The position numbers and the translations under genes were made by a program. Below are positions 48,857-64,000 of a stretch of 64,000 bases of DNA, one piece after another. Positions within the stretch are counted from its first letter, which is position 1, and each line of letters starts with the position of its first letter. The stretch covers positions 1-64,000 of the forward strand of contig NIVC01001480.1 of the NCBI GenBank assembly GCA_002269645.1, written 5' to 3'. The stretch comes from Macrostomum lignano. Its lineage: Eukaryota. Below the pieces are notes generated by a model. That model made no database searches. It was not told where the DNA came from and saw only the letters and a program-made list of their open reading frames with translations.

Positions 48857-50438
48857 ATTGTTGCTAAACAGCATTTTATGTTATAAAATCAGTGTCAAGT
48901 TGTTTGGCATATAAAAATGGGAAAAGTACAAGATGCGCCAGTGTTCAGTTATCATTATTAGACATTTGCTTCTAGCAAAACAAAACCATAATTATTGTTT
49001 GAGCAATTGGGTGAATAAGTGAGAATAGGAGGTAGTAGTACACAATTCAAGGTATTAAGCAATAAATGCATAAATTATGAGTGGAAATTGTGAGCAATTT
49101 AGACTATTATTATAAGCAATAATCAAATAGTTGCATCTTCAAAGGCTTCTGACTCTGATGACAACTGCTAAGTGCTGCACTTTCCTATTATAAATTTACA
49201 GTTGTCACATGTAGCTAAATGTCCAGCGCTATCATCTTCCTGCCTATCTGCTGATAGGCACTTGTCTGGCTGCTTTCAATAGGTGCTGCTATCCTTTAGA
49301 TAAAGCCAAATGCACTCTTCAATTTCACCAAGGTCTGAGTGCATCATATAACTTATTTCCAATGCCAATTTTGATCAGTGGTTCAAATATATTGCAGAAG
49401 GCCAGCTTTCTATCATTTCCACATCAGTTGCCATAGTAGAATTGTAATGAAAGAGTTAACTATATTATTGTCAATAAAGACAAACCAACAAAAGTAAAAA
49501 GAAGCATCAGAAGATAATATATTCTACTTACAAATAGAATATAGATAAAGGTAAAGCACTATAGTCCATTAAAAAATTAGTAAAAAATTATAGTACTAGA
49601 AAAAAATACAATAAAAAATTATATATTGCTAAAAAGAATTTTTTCTGAAATTCATTTATTTAACATTTAAGTCTTAAGTTAAGATATTGATAGTAATACA
49701 GTTAAATTATGATACATTTTCTGGCATTATAAGCCTAGCTAGCCTACTGTACCATCTGGATTATGGCTGACAAAATAGCTATCTTATATTTGCTTATACC
49801 ATAGTAATAATTTCTGGCTAATCTATATAGAACACTAACAAGATTGCTGCTTAACCTTGTGCATACAGCATATGCTGGCTTGATATGAAACAATGATATC
49901 AAAGTTTTGCACATAGGAGATCAAAGGTCTAGACACTATAAATTGATATAACTAGCTAATGTAAGACATAATAACTTTTGAGTATTAGAATGCCAATTTT
50001 TCATATGACACAACTATTAAGCTACTAATATGATTAAGTCTGTTATTTAAATTAATGTAAATGTAATTATTTTAATATTTACATAAATAACATTATAATA
50101 GGTTCAAAATTTTGAAAAACATTGCTACTTTCATAAGCTCACAAAGCTCTCATTGACTTCAATTCATAAATATAGAGTGATAAAAATATACAATTAAATA
50201 GAATAATTTTCTCCAAGGCAAGGCCTAGAAAAAGAAATTATTTCAAATATTCTGACTACTAATAGTAGCTATTCTTATTATTAATACCATTCGATTTTAT
50301 TGCTTGATGAGACCTGTCCGCATTTTGTAACACTTATTATTGCTAGCGGCCTGCGAACATCCAGAATAGTCACTACTTTCCTTTGTTGTACAAATTACTC
50401 CGGAGGAATTGGCGACCTAGCAGACAGCAGCCATTGAC

Positions 50439-53400
50439 ATGAGCCATCGGCACCAGCCCTCGGTGGCCGCAGCTGCCGCCGCGCCGCAAGGCTCCGCCGC
50501 TTCGGCTTCCGCGGCGGCCGCAGCTGCAGCCGCCTCTCAGTCGCCTTCAATTCCTCCCAGCTTAGAGGATCTCTGCGTCCGCTTGCTGACCTCCCGTGGC
50601 CTGCGGGACCTCGCCGGCCCCACCGCTGCCGGCTGCGGGCGCATCTCCTTCTATCCGAGGGTGCCCTACCTGTGCCCGGCTGTGGCTGACAAGCTTTTGA
50701 ATTCGCTGGCAGCTGGCGGCAAGCTCACCGACCCGCTGCTGGGGGCCTTCACTCCAGACCGGTGCGGCCTGCAGTGCGTGCAGCTCGAGAATGCCGAGGA
50801 CTTATCGTTGGAGAGTCTCAAGGTGCGAATTGGTTTTGAGTTTCCTTCTTCAATTCTTTTGGAATCCTCTGTAAAGGATGGGATTCCAACTGGGTGAGAT
50901 GGATTCCAACTGAGTGAGATGGGATTCCAACTAGGTTAAATGGGATTCCAACTGGGTGAGATGGGATTCCAATTGAGTGAGATGGGATTCCAACTGAGTG
51001 AGATGGGATTCCAACTGGATGAGATGGGATGCCAACCAGATGAGATGGGATTCCAGCTGGGTGAGATGGGATGGGATTCCAACTGATTGAGATAGGATTC
51101 CAACTGGGTAAGATGGGATTCCAACTGAGTGAGATGGGATTCCAACCAGATGGGATGGGATTCCATCCGGATGAGATGGGATTCCAACCGAATGAGATAA
51201 GATTGCAACCGAATGGGATGGGATTCCATTCGGATGAGATGGGATTCCCAACCGAATGGATGGTACTCCAACCGAATGAGATGGGATTCCAACCGAATTG
51301 AGATGTGATTCCAACTGGGTGAGATGGGATTCCAACTGGATGAGAAGGGATTCCAACAAATAAGATGGGATTACAAAAGGATGAGAAGGGATTCCAACTG
51401 GGTGAGATGGGATTACAAAAGGATGGGATGCAACGCTACAATACATTTTGTAAACTTCTGCCAATTCTCGCCCAGGTGCTCAAGCGTCACCGCCTACTTC
51501 GTCTGACCTGCGTCCGCCTGGAACAGGTGAACCTGTACTCCCTGGTCAGCTGCCTGTCAGACGCCAGCAAGCAGCAGATGGTGTCCTTCAACCTGGCTGG
51601 CACTTCAATCCTGTGCGACAAGCTGCCAGTCATTGTCTGCCTGTCAGTGTTCCGCAGCCTGGCCAGCCTGAATCTGGCCAACACGGAGCTCGACTGCAAA
51701 TGCCTCGAAGTGATCTGTAACGATCTGCGCCACCTGGTTCACCTGGACATCTCCAAGACTGACGTTGTAGATATATGGCCACTGAGGCGAATGCGGCACA
51801 GGCTGAAGTATTTGCACCTGTACGGCGTCAAGCCCAAGCAGGCTAGCCGGTTTCTTACTGTGCTGTCCGAGCTGGAGAATCTGGTGCTGCTCGACATCAG
51901 TGACGACACCAGTTTGGCCAGGTGTGTCCTTGTGACCTTCTTTGTCATCTTTTGTGTCTTGATTGCTTTAGCTAGTTCAGCGGAGCAGCTCAGCGGTGGG
52001 CCACGATTTTTGGTTCGATTCAATCTCTGCCAATGAGGGCCAACGCCAACCCCCAAGGCACAGAGAATGTACATGCCTGAGGATTAGAAAGTCATGGGCT
52101 CTGTACACCCTGTGTGAGCGTGTGTACGAGTGCGTGCCTGCGTACAGCATTGGCCCTTGCTCTTGCATGTGCTCAGGAGCCAGCGGAATGGAGCCAGCCA
52201 ATGTGCCCGCCGGTGAATCTAGAGCAGAGGTGGGCAAAGGAGAGGAGAGGGAATAAAGGGAAAGAGAGGAGTAGATAAGGGAGAAAATAGGAGAGAAGAG
52301 GTGAAGAAAGGGAAGAAAGAAGAGAGCTAAGAAGAGACGCCAATCTTGAGCGGGCGGGATTGCTATTGGGAAGTTTCAAAGCACCCGAGGGCCGGATAGA
52401 GAGGCTTTGCGTGTGGCCCACGGGCCGGAGTTTGCCTGAACCAGGCGGTTGATGTACTTTAGCTGGGCTCCATGTACTGCATGCATCCGAGATCTGGAAT
52501 ACTAAAAAGTGCACGCGCTCCCGCCGCAGATTCGGTAAGCCGCAGGTGCAACAGCAGGTTCGGGAACTGTTCAGCTCGCCGAACTTCCTGCCCCGCCTGG
52601 AGCACCTGGACGTGTCCGGCAACAAGCTCAAGCTGGACGTCGGCCTCCTACGCCAGTTCGTGCTGGCCCGGCCGAGCCTGAAGTTCCTCGGCTTCGCCAT
52701 GGTGGACGAACAGCTGAGCGGCGAGCCGGAGCTGCCAGTTGAAATCGCCGGCTTCGACACCGAGGATCAGCTGATCAGGTGCCTGCACAGGTACAGGGAC
52801 AGGGAGAACTACATGCAGCAGACCCTGTGCGCGGTGTTCCTGCACACCAATCACATGTTCAATCTGCGCGAGCGGCTGCTCAGAGCAACGTTTCCGGTGC
52901 TTCGGAAGTACTCTCACAGGATGCAGCTGCAGCTTGCTGGCACCGCCGTGCTGTACAATCTGACCCGCTACCAGCTCAGCTTCAAGCTCTGCCCTGCAGT
53001 GCGCAACACAGTGGTTGATCTTGTGCTCAACGCTATGGGCAATTTTCCCAAGCAGCAACAGTTGCAGAAGAATGCCTGCTCACCCTGTGCAACGATTGCT
53101 TCTTGCATCAGGCCGAGTTCGATCGGCTGTGGTGCCTGTCGCTCGTGTGCGACGGTCTTGTGCAGTTCAGCGACCAGCACATGGTGCGCATGCTGGTGGC
53201 CATCGTGAGCATCGTGTCAGCCAAGGTCAGCAGTCGCGACCTGGCCCTGCTCGGCTCTCAGGAGCGCCTGTTCGCCCGCCTGGTCGCGCTGGTCCAGGAC
53301 CGGCGCCGGCTGCTGCGGTCGCAGCTGGCCGACCTGCCCAAGCCGCCGGGGCCGTCCGATTTGGATCCCACGCTGAAGTTTGCGCTCAGCGCCCTGTGGA

Positions 53401-55074
53401 ACCTCACAGACGAGTGCGAGCCCAGCTGTCGGCTGTTTGTGGAGGCCGGCGGCCTGGAGGCCTATCTCAAGCTGTTCCAACTGCTAGACTGCTCAGCCGG
53501 CGCCGAGGCCAGGCAGTGCATTCTGCCTAAGTGCCTGGGCCTGCTCAACAATATTGCCGAGATGCCAGCCACTAGGAAGTCGCTGCTAGTTGCGGATATC
53601 ATCTCGGTAAGGAGGCTTTAAACTATTAATATCACATCTTATCTCACGTTTGCCGTCTGTTAATCATTTTTTCCATCTCCTAATTCTCATAGGGATAATT
53701 CCATGTCCCTAATCCCATATCACTAATCCCATGTCCATCCCAGATCCCTAATCTCATGTCCTTCATCCCAGATCCCTAATCTCATGTCCTTCATCCCAGA
53801 TCCCTAATCTCATGTCCTTCATCCCAGATCCCCAATCTCATGTCCTTCATCCCAGATCCCTAATCTCATGTCCTTCATCCCAGATCCCCAATCTCATGTC
53901 CTTCATCCCAGATCCCTAATCCCATCTTCTAATTCTTATCTCCTCACCGCTTACTCTTCATAATCTATGCTGTCAGTGTAAAGCTGTACTAACTCATCCC
54001 GCCACCGCACCCCCCAACTCGCAGATGCTGAGCCAGCTGCTCACCGATTCCAGTCTGAGCGTCGCCTACTTCGCCGCTGGCGTCCTCGCCAACCTGAGCC
54101 TCCTGCCAGATCGGGTCTGGCTCGAGCGGCTCAGCGAACGGCCGCGCCGCCGCCTGCTGCCAGCCGTTGGCGACGCCGTGCTGTCCTGGTCGGCGCCCGA
54201 CGCCGAGATGGTGGCATACAGGTCGTTCCGGCCGTTCGTTCGCCTGCTGGAGCCGCGCCGGCACCCCAGCGCCCAGCTGTGGTCGCTGTGGGCCATCAGG
54301 CAGGTGTGCTGCAGGAACCGGCAAACCTACCTGCCGCTCCTGTCGCCCAAACTGTTGCGCAACATCCGCGCGCTGCTGCCGCCCGACGCCGTGCTGCCCG
54401 CCGGCTGCTCCGCATTCGACGATCCGCTCGAGCAGCAGCCGGCCGACGCCGACGAAGCAGCTGGCACCGCTGACGCGCCCGACGCCGACGACGTCGACGA
54501 AGTCGACGAAGAGCCGTCGGGCTGTGCCGAGTCGCAGCAAAATAAACTCGGCGACGCGATCGGCGCCCTCGCCGCCGAGATTCTCGCCCTGCTGGCTGGC
54601 GGGGGCGGCACCGGCGAGGCCGTTGCTGCCGCCAATGCGTCGGCGCCCAGCGGCGAGTCGCGCGGCGGCGGCAGCAGCGACGACGAGGAGGACGAAAGTG
54701 AAGCTGAAGGGGATGCCGATGAAGATAGCGACGGAGTCGGCGGCGAAGGCGAATCGGCAAATGGTGGCGACGGCGCCTGCGGCGGCGGCGGTGGTAGCGG
54801 CAGCGGCAGCAACGGTGGCGGCGAAGCGTCAAACGGAGACGCCGCCAGGGATGACGAGCAGCTTCTCGGTGCCGTTGGCGGTGGCGGCGGCGGTGGCAGC
54901 GGAGGCGTCAACCGCTCTGAAGGCGGCAGCGGCGAATCCTCTGTGCTGCAGTCGTCGAGGACCTCCTGCAGGACCGCTGGCGGCCCGGTCGGCCACTCCC
55001 TGCACAGGTCGTCCAGCGGCGGCGGAGTCGGCGAGCGCCAGGGTCACCCGACTGGCGGCCTGCCGGGCAACTAG
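50439..55074 (+). CDS. ZYG11: ZYG11/ZER1-family Cul2-EloBC substrate receptor (LRR+ARM), ~985 aa. Exons 50439-50822, 51476-51921, 52530-53606, 54025-55074; 1-nt frameshift at ~53073
   Basis: BC-box-like PSLEDLC, VADKLL, LRRs (LASLNLANT, LVHLDISKT, LEHLDVSG), LQLAGTAVLYNLTR, TLKFALSALWNLTDE, LGLLNNIAE, SVAYFAAGVLANL and EMVAYRSFRPF...QLWSLWAIRQVC match ZYG11B as I recall it. Junctions are frame-consistent once one base is restored. Confidence 0.88.
50876..51425. repeat. ~21-bp minisatellite GATGGGATTCCAACTGAGTGA (ZYG11 intron 1)
   Basis: Direct reading. Confidence 0.93.
51968..52210 (+). mobile_element. Second SINE-like family, copy B (ZYG11 intron 2)
   Basis: B-box GGTTCGATT at 52012; the body at 52045-52125 matches copies A and C. 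Confidence 0.65.
53700..53925. repeat. 28-bp minisatellite CCCAGATCCCTAATCTCATGTCCTTCAT (ZYG11 intron 3)
   Basis: Direct reading. Confidence 0.92.
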
Positions 55075-55439
55075 CGGCCGGCTCGCCCCGCTCCCTCACC
55101 CCACACCGGCAGACTGGCGTCTTCACTTGTCCGCTTCGCCTCGCTAATGAATTTTCATCAAAGCAGCGGTTTCGGGTCCCCTCGACTGCGCACTTCCTTC
55201 AGCTGGACGGGTGCGGTGCGAATTTTTATATTGCTTTGACAGTTTCATTTTCATGTCATATTTATCCCCAGCCGCTTTTGTGAGGTCGAGCTCTGTCTGT
55301 TTTGTTGGCCAATTCGCTTCAAATTGATCTTTTCGGCTTGCCGACTGACAGATTTTATGACCGATTTGTTCCTTTTCTAAGCAGTAAACGGCTTGGCTGG
55401 ACTGATTCGCAATCCCAAAGTCTCCTAATCCCCTAACTG

Positions 55440-56490
55440 GAAATCCCATTAGCCTGAACTGGAAATCCCCTCAGCTCAAACTGGAAATCCCCTTAGCCCA
55501 AACTGGAAATCCTCTTAAGCTCAAACTGGAAATCCCCTTAGCTCAAACTGGTAATCCCTTTAGCCCAAACTGGAAATCCCCTTAGCTCAAACTGGTAATC
55601 CCCTTAGCCCAAACTGGAAATCCCCTTGGCCCAAACTGGAAATCCCCTTGGCCCAAACTGGAAATCCCCTTGGCCCAAACTGGAAATCCCCTTGGCCCAA
55701 ACTGGAAATCCCCTTGGCCCAAACTGGAAATCCCCTTGGCCCAAACTGGAAATCCCCTTGGCCCAAACTGGAAATCCCCTTGGCCCAAACAGGAAATCCC
55801 CTTGGCCCAAACAGGAAATCCCTTTAGCTCAAACTTGAAATCCCTTTAGCCCAAAACTGGAAATCCCCTTAGCCCAAACTGGAAATTCTCTTAAGCTCAA
55901 ACTGGAAATCCCCTTAGCTCAAACTGGTAATCCCCTTAGCCCAAACTGGAAATCCCCTTGGCCCAAACTTGGGAAATCCCCTTTGCCCAAACTGGAAATC
56001 CCCTTAGCCCAAACTGGAAATCCCCTTAGCCCAAACTGGAAATTACCTTAGCCCAAACTGGAAATTACCTTAGCCCAAACTGGAAATCCTCTTAAGCTCA
56101 AACTGGAAATCCCCTTAGCTCAAACTGGAAATCCCCTTAGCCCAAACTGGAAATCCCCTTAGCCCAAACTGGAAATTACCTTAGCCCAAACTGGAAATCC
56201 CCTTCGCCCAAACTGGAAATCCCCTTAGCCCAAACTGGAAATTACCTTAGCCCAAACTGGAAATCCTCTTAAGCTCAAACTGGAAATCCCCTTAGCTCAA
56301 ACTGGAAATCCCCTTAGCCCAAACTGGAAATCCCCTTAGCCCAAACTGGAAATTACCTTAGCCCAAACTGGAAATTACCTTAGCCCAAACTGGAAATCCC
56401 CTTCGCCCAAACTGGAAATCCCCTTAGCCCAAACTGGAAATCCCCTTAGCCCAAACTGGAAATCCCCTTAGCCCAAACCGGAAATCCATT
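55440..56490. repeat. 22-bp minisatellite CCCAAACTGGAAATCCCCTT(A/G)G, ~48 copies
   Basis: Direct reading. Confidence 0.96.
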
Positions 56491-57311
56491 TAAGCATCAA
56501 ACTTACAATCTGAATATGAAACGCCGTGCACTGCTTGGTAGCAAGAATTTTCCTCTCTTCCTCTCTCTGCGTGTTCGTGACTGCAAATTGTCTACTTTGA
56601 AAAACATTTTTATCAAAGAATGCATGGATCTTTTAATACACAACTTACTCGTGCTCTGTTTGCTACTCGTTGCTTTTTTCGATTTCAGTTCGAATCTTAA
56701 ACTCCGAACTTCATTGACTTCTCATATACAATATCTTTGCTTGCTGCGCCCGCGCTACGCCGTTTCTTTTGCGTCTATAGACTACTTGCAGTAGCTGAGT
56801 AGTCTAGTGAGAGTAACGGGCTGTGCGCTTATTTATATTTTTTTGCGTTTTAAAATTTCTGTCGGGATGTGGGATGTGGGATCTCATGTCCGGCTTCTCC
56901 TGCCTGCTCTGATTGCACTAACTGTGCAACACTAGAATTTCTATTCGTGCATGCATATATCTCTAATAACAGAAGTTTATTTTTGAAATGCCTTTTTTCT
57001 GTTTTTCGTGTCCCAAATTTGCCGTTTACTTGTATATTTTTATTGCCAGTGCTGCTACTACTCGCGGTACTACGAGTAGTCTGTGCGGCAGCGAGTTTTT
57101 TATTGATAATAATTCTACTGATAATAAATTTGTTCCCGCCGCGTGCTGTCCGCTTCTGCGATAATTCGCCTAGCAAATATAATTAATAATAATTACTTGA
57201 TTATAAATGAACGACTTTATCTATACGTAAAAACGGCTTCAAATGAGTGTCGCTTAGTTAAGTTTTATGTGATTTATTTCGTTTCCTTTATTATTTAAAT
57301 GATCATCTCTA

Positions 57312-57955
57312 AGGCTAAGGATAAGGCGGGGCTGGCTGTACCCTGCTGAGCTGTGATTGGCCAGCTGCCTGCTTATCTCTGGCTAAGGGTAGGGCGGGGC
57401 TGGCTGTACCCTGCTGGGCTGTGATTGGCCATCTGCCTGCTTATCTCTGGCTAAGGGTAGGGCGGGGCTGGCTGTACTCTGCTGAGCTGTGATTGTCCAG
57501 CTGCCTGCTTATCTCTGGCTAAGGGTAGGGCGGGTCTGACTGTACCCTGCTGAGCTGTGATTGGCCAGCTGCCTGCTTATCTTTGGCTAAGGGTAAGGGC
57601 GGGGCTGGCTGTACTCTGCTGAGCTGTGATTGGCCAGCTGCCTGCTTATCTTTGGCTAAGGGTAAGGGCGGGGCTGGCTGTACCCTGCTGAGCTGTGATT
57701 GGCCATCTGCCTGCTTATCTCTGGCTAAGGGTAGGGCGGGGCTGGCTGTACCCTGCTGGGCTGTGATTGGCCATCTGCCTGCTTATCTCTGGCTAAGGGT
57801 AGGGCGGGGCTGGCTGTACTCTGCTGAGCTGTGATTGGCCAGCTGCCTGCTTATCTCTGGCTAAGGGTAGGGCGGGTCTGACTGTACCCTGCTGAGCTGT
57901 GATTGGCCAGCTGCCTGCTTATCTCTGGCTAAGGGTAGGGCGGAGCTGCTTGTAC
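57312..57955. repeat. 68-bp minisatellite, ~9 copies
   Basis: Period 68 (57383 to 57451). Confidence 0.95.
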
Positions 57956-57959
57956 TCCG

Positions 57960-58160
57960 CTGGGTTGTGCAAGGACCCAGTCATGTCCACTCTGCTGATC
58001 ACTGAGCACGCACACGCTCTGACAGGGTGTACACCAGCCTGGACTTTCTAATCGTCAGGCATGTACACCGGGGCTGTGAATCGCTGGACAACCCACTCCC
58101 CCCCCTCGGCCAAATGAAGGTGGCCGGCAACAGACCAAGGAGGTCGTGGCGCTTACTACT
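57960..58160 (-). mobile_element. Second SINE-like family, copy C
   Basis: Minus strand GGTGTACATGCCTGACGATTAGAAAGTCCAGGCTGGTGTACACCCTGTCAGAGCGTGTG; the head is not clearly recognisable. Confidence 0.6.
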
Positions 58161-58609
58161 AAGCCTGTCTGAAAAAGATATATGATAAATATGGCCGTCA
58201 AGTTCACGTTTCAGCAAAAAGTCAAATTCTTGGATTCATTGAAATTCTGGAGCGATCGAGTTTCTTTAGAATTTATTCAATTTCAATTTGCAGACAAAAT
58301 AATTTGGAAGCAGCGACTCCCAGAAGGCTTGGGGGAGGGGGGTTGTTGCTTTTTAAAGAAATTCTAGCCTTGCAGTGAGACTGAGAAACCTGTTGGTTGC
58401 TGCAACACTTGGTCGTTCAAGAAGGTGGCCCGCTTTTCTTTTAATTAAAAAAGTTCTAAATTTTAAGCTCGATTTTAGCCAGCCTCTTGGGGGAGATCAT
58501 TTTAGGTAACCTGAGAATTTTTTATACGGATTAGGCGCACTTTTAGATAGATATTTGACTGTATATTAAACTGGAATATATCTAATATTTGATCCGCTAG
58601 GCCACATCT

Positions 58610-59270
58610 AGAAAATCCGCTAGATCAGGACTAGATGATCTGATAGATCAGGACTCGATTATCTGATAGATCAGGACTCGATTATCTGATAGATCAGGAC
58701 TCGATTATCTGATAGATCAGGACTAGATGTACTGATAGATCAAGACTAGATGTTCTGATAGATCAAGACTAGATATTCTGATAAATCAGGACTAGATGTT
58801 ATGATAGATCAGGACTAGATGGTCTGGTAGATCAGGACTAGATGATCTGATAGATCAGGACTAGATGGTCTGGTAGATCAGGACTAGATGATCTGATAGA
58901 TCAGGACTAGATGGTCTGGTAGATCAGGACTAGATGATCTGATAGATCAGGACTAGATCAATCTAATAGATCAGGAATAGATCATCCGATGGAACAGGAC
59001 AAGATCGATCTGATAGATCAAGACTAGATGTTCTGATAGATCAGGACTAAATGATCTGATAGATCAGGACTAGATGGTCTGGTAGATCAGGACTAGATGA
59101 TCTGATAAATCAGGACTAGATGATCTGATAGATCAGGACTAGATCAATCTGATAGATCAGGAATAGATCATCCGATGGAAAGGACAAGATCGATCTGATA
59201 GATCAATACTAGATGTTCTGATAGATCAGGACTAGATGATCGGATAGATGATCTGGTAGATCAGGAGATT
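58610..59270. repeat. ~23-bp minisatellite GATAGATCAGGACTAGATGATCT
   Basis: Direct reading. Confidence 0.93.
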
Positions 59271-59711
59271 TAAAATATGCCGCCAAGTGCGCTGTGCCCA
59301 CCCTGACCTGTCTTTATTCATTACTTTATAACAAAATGCTTGCACTTTTTTGCTTCGCCAAGTTTTTAAGGCTCAGCAAGCTGAGACAATTTCTGATTTG
59401 CGTTGAAGCAGAGGCTGAGTCAGTAAAAACATTGGCTAACACTGTTACCATGCGGAACCTCGGGGACGATTCTCAACTACATGCATGCACGCGGGAGAAT
59501 GTTTCAGCTGGTAGAGACTGGGGCGCCTTCATCAGCGCGTTCAGCATGGCAGCCCCCAGCACTCAAACTGATTTGCGCCTCGGGCTGTTGACAATCAGAG
59601 AATCAGGCGGCGAAAGCGCGGATGGGGGAGCTGCCTGTGCCTTTCTCTTTGCTGTTGAAGGCTTGTCAGCTTATGACTTGTAAGGATCTGTTTACGTAGC
59701 TGAGATATCCT

Positions 59712-60350
59712 CCATCCTTCGGTGGGTCACCGCTTCTACTCTCTATCCTTCGGTGGGTCACCGCTTCTCCTCTCTATCCTTCGGTAGGTCACCGCTTCTC
59801 CTCTCTATCCTTCAGTGGGTCACCGCTTCCCCTCTCTATCCTTCGGTGGGTCACCGCTTCTACTCTCTATCCTTCGGTGGGTCACCGCTTCCTCTCTCTA
59901 TCCTTCAGTGGGTCACCGCTTCCCCTCTCTATCCTTCGGTGGGTCACCGCTTCTCCTCTCTATCCTTCGGTGGGTCACCGCTTCCCCTCTCTATCCTTCG
60001 GTGGGTCACCGCTTCCCCTCTCTATCCTTCGGTGGGTCACCGCTTCTCCTCTCTATCCTTCGGTGGGTCACCGCTTCCCCTCTCTATCCTTCGGTGGGTC
60101 ACCGCTTCCCCTCTCTATCCTTCGGTGGGTCACCGCTTCCCCTCTCTATCCTTCGGTGGGTCACCGCTTCTCCTCTCTATCCTTCAGTGGGTCACCGCTT
60201 CCCCTCTCTATCCTTCGGTGGGTCACCGCTTCTACTCTCTATCCTTCGGTGGGTCACCGCTTCCTCTCTCTATCCTTCAGTGGGTCACCGCTTCCCCTCT
60301 CTATCCTTCAGTGGGTAAACGCTTCTCCTCTCTATCCTTCAGTGGGTCAC
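59712..60350. repeat. 31-bp minisatellite TCCTTCGGTGGGTCACCGCTTCCCCTCTCTA, ~20 copies
   Basis: Direct reading. Confidence 0.96.
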
Positions 60351-60682
60351 TAAAAGATTTTGCAAACTAACTCTCTGTGAGACTAGCGATGAAGTAGAAA
60401 TAAACAAAACAATTTCATAACAGCGTTCAACACAGTTGACTGCCTGCCAATTCGACTTGAATAAAAATAATGATCGCTATGCGAGCATTTGGCATATTAC
60501 TCCGATGAACCGCATGCATAAAAAAGGAAGAAAACTTAATTATAATTCAGGCAATTTGATAACGAGTAAAAGCCAGAGCTCTGAGCATTTACTAAATTCT
60601 TTTTCCATACGGCCTCCTGGCTAAATGTACTTTACTGCAAAGCAGTTGAAAACTTCTCCTCGGGTTCTTGGAAGCCAGCTCA

Positions 60683-64000
<3,318 letters not shown>

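Noticed and set aside
58015-58070. SECIS element in the SINE hairpin
   Set aside because: There is no AUGA/GA quartet and no associated in-frame UGA gene.
59294-59683. 129-aa ORF between ZYG11 and DEG/ENaC
   Set aside because: GTG start, no motif, no splice context and no coding-like bias comparable to the true exons.

Overview
Eukaryotic (animal) genomic DNA. GC-rich exons with poly-Q/A/P/G tracts, introns packed with private minisatellites, and mariner/SINE relics suggest a free-living flatworm such as Macrostomum; this is an inference from sequence style only. I reconstructed five spliced genes by hand with frame-consistent GT-AG junctions: an MTSS1/MIM-like I-BAR gene (+, 5' part missing), a Kv2/Shab K+ channel (+, 968 aa), EXOC2/Sec5 (-, 930 aa), a ZYG11-family Cul2 adaptor (+, one 1-nt frameshift at ~53073) and a DEG/ENaC channel (-, runs off the window end). 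About 30 distinct micro/minisatellite arrays fill the introns and 3' flanks and generate most of the ORF-track ORFs, which are artefacts. The AT-rich spacer between the divergent EXOC2 and ZYG11 genes (~38.75-50.4 kb, with a 428-N gap) has no minisatellites. It holds a DD37D Tc1/mariner relic, a DD34D mariner with both TIRs, a hAT-type MITE and three 'CCATA'-terminal MITEs with 8-bp TSDs, one nested in the loop of an older palindrome. Two tRNA-headed SINE families occur: a CORE-SINE, and an unrecognised family whose body is a hairpin with apparent compensatory changes. I found no CRISPR, rRNA or bona fide tRNA. The strongest candidates for novelty are the one-array-per-intron architecture, the structured SINE and the CCATA MITE group; none is a demonstrated new system.
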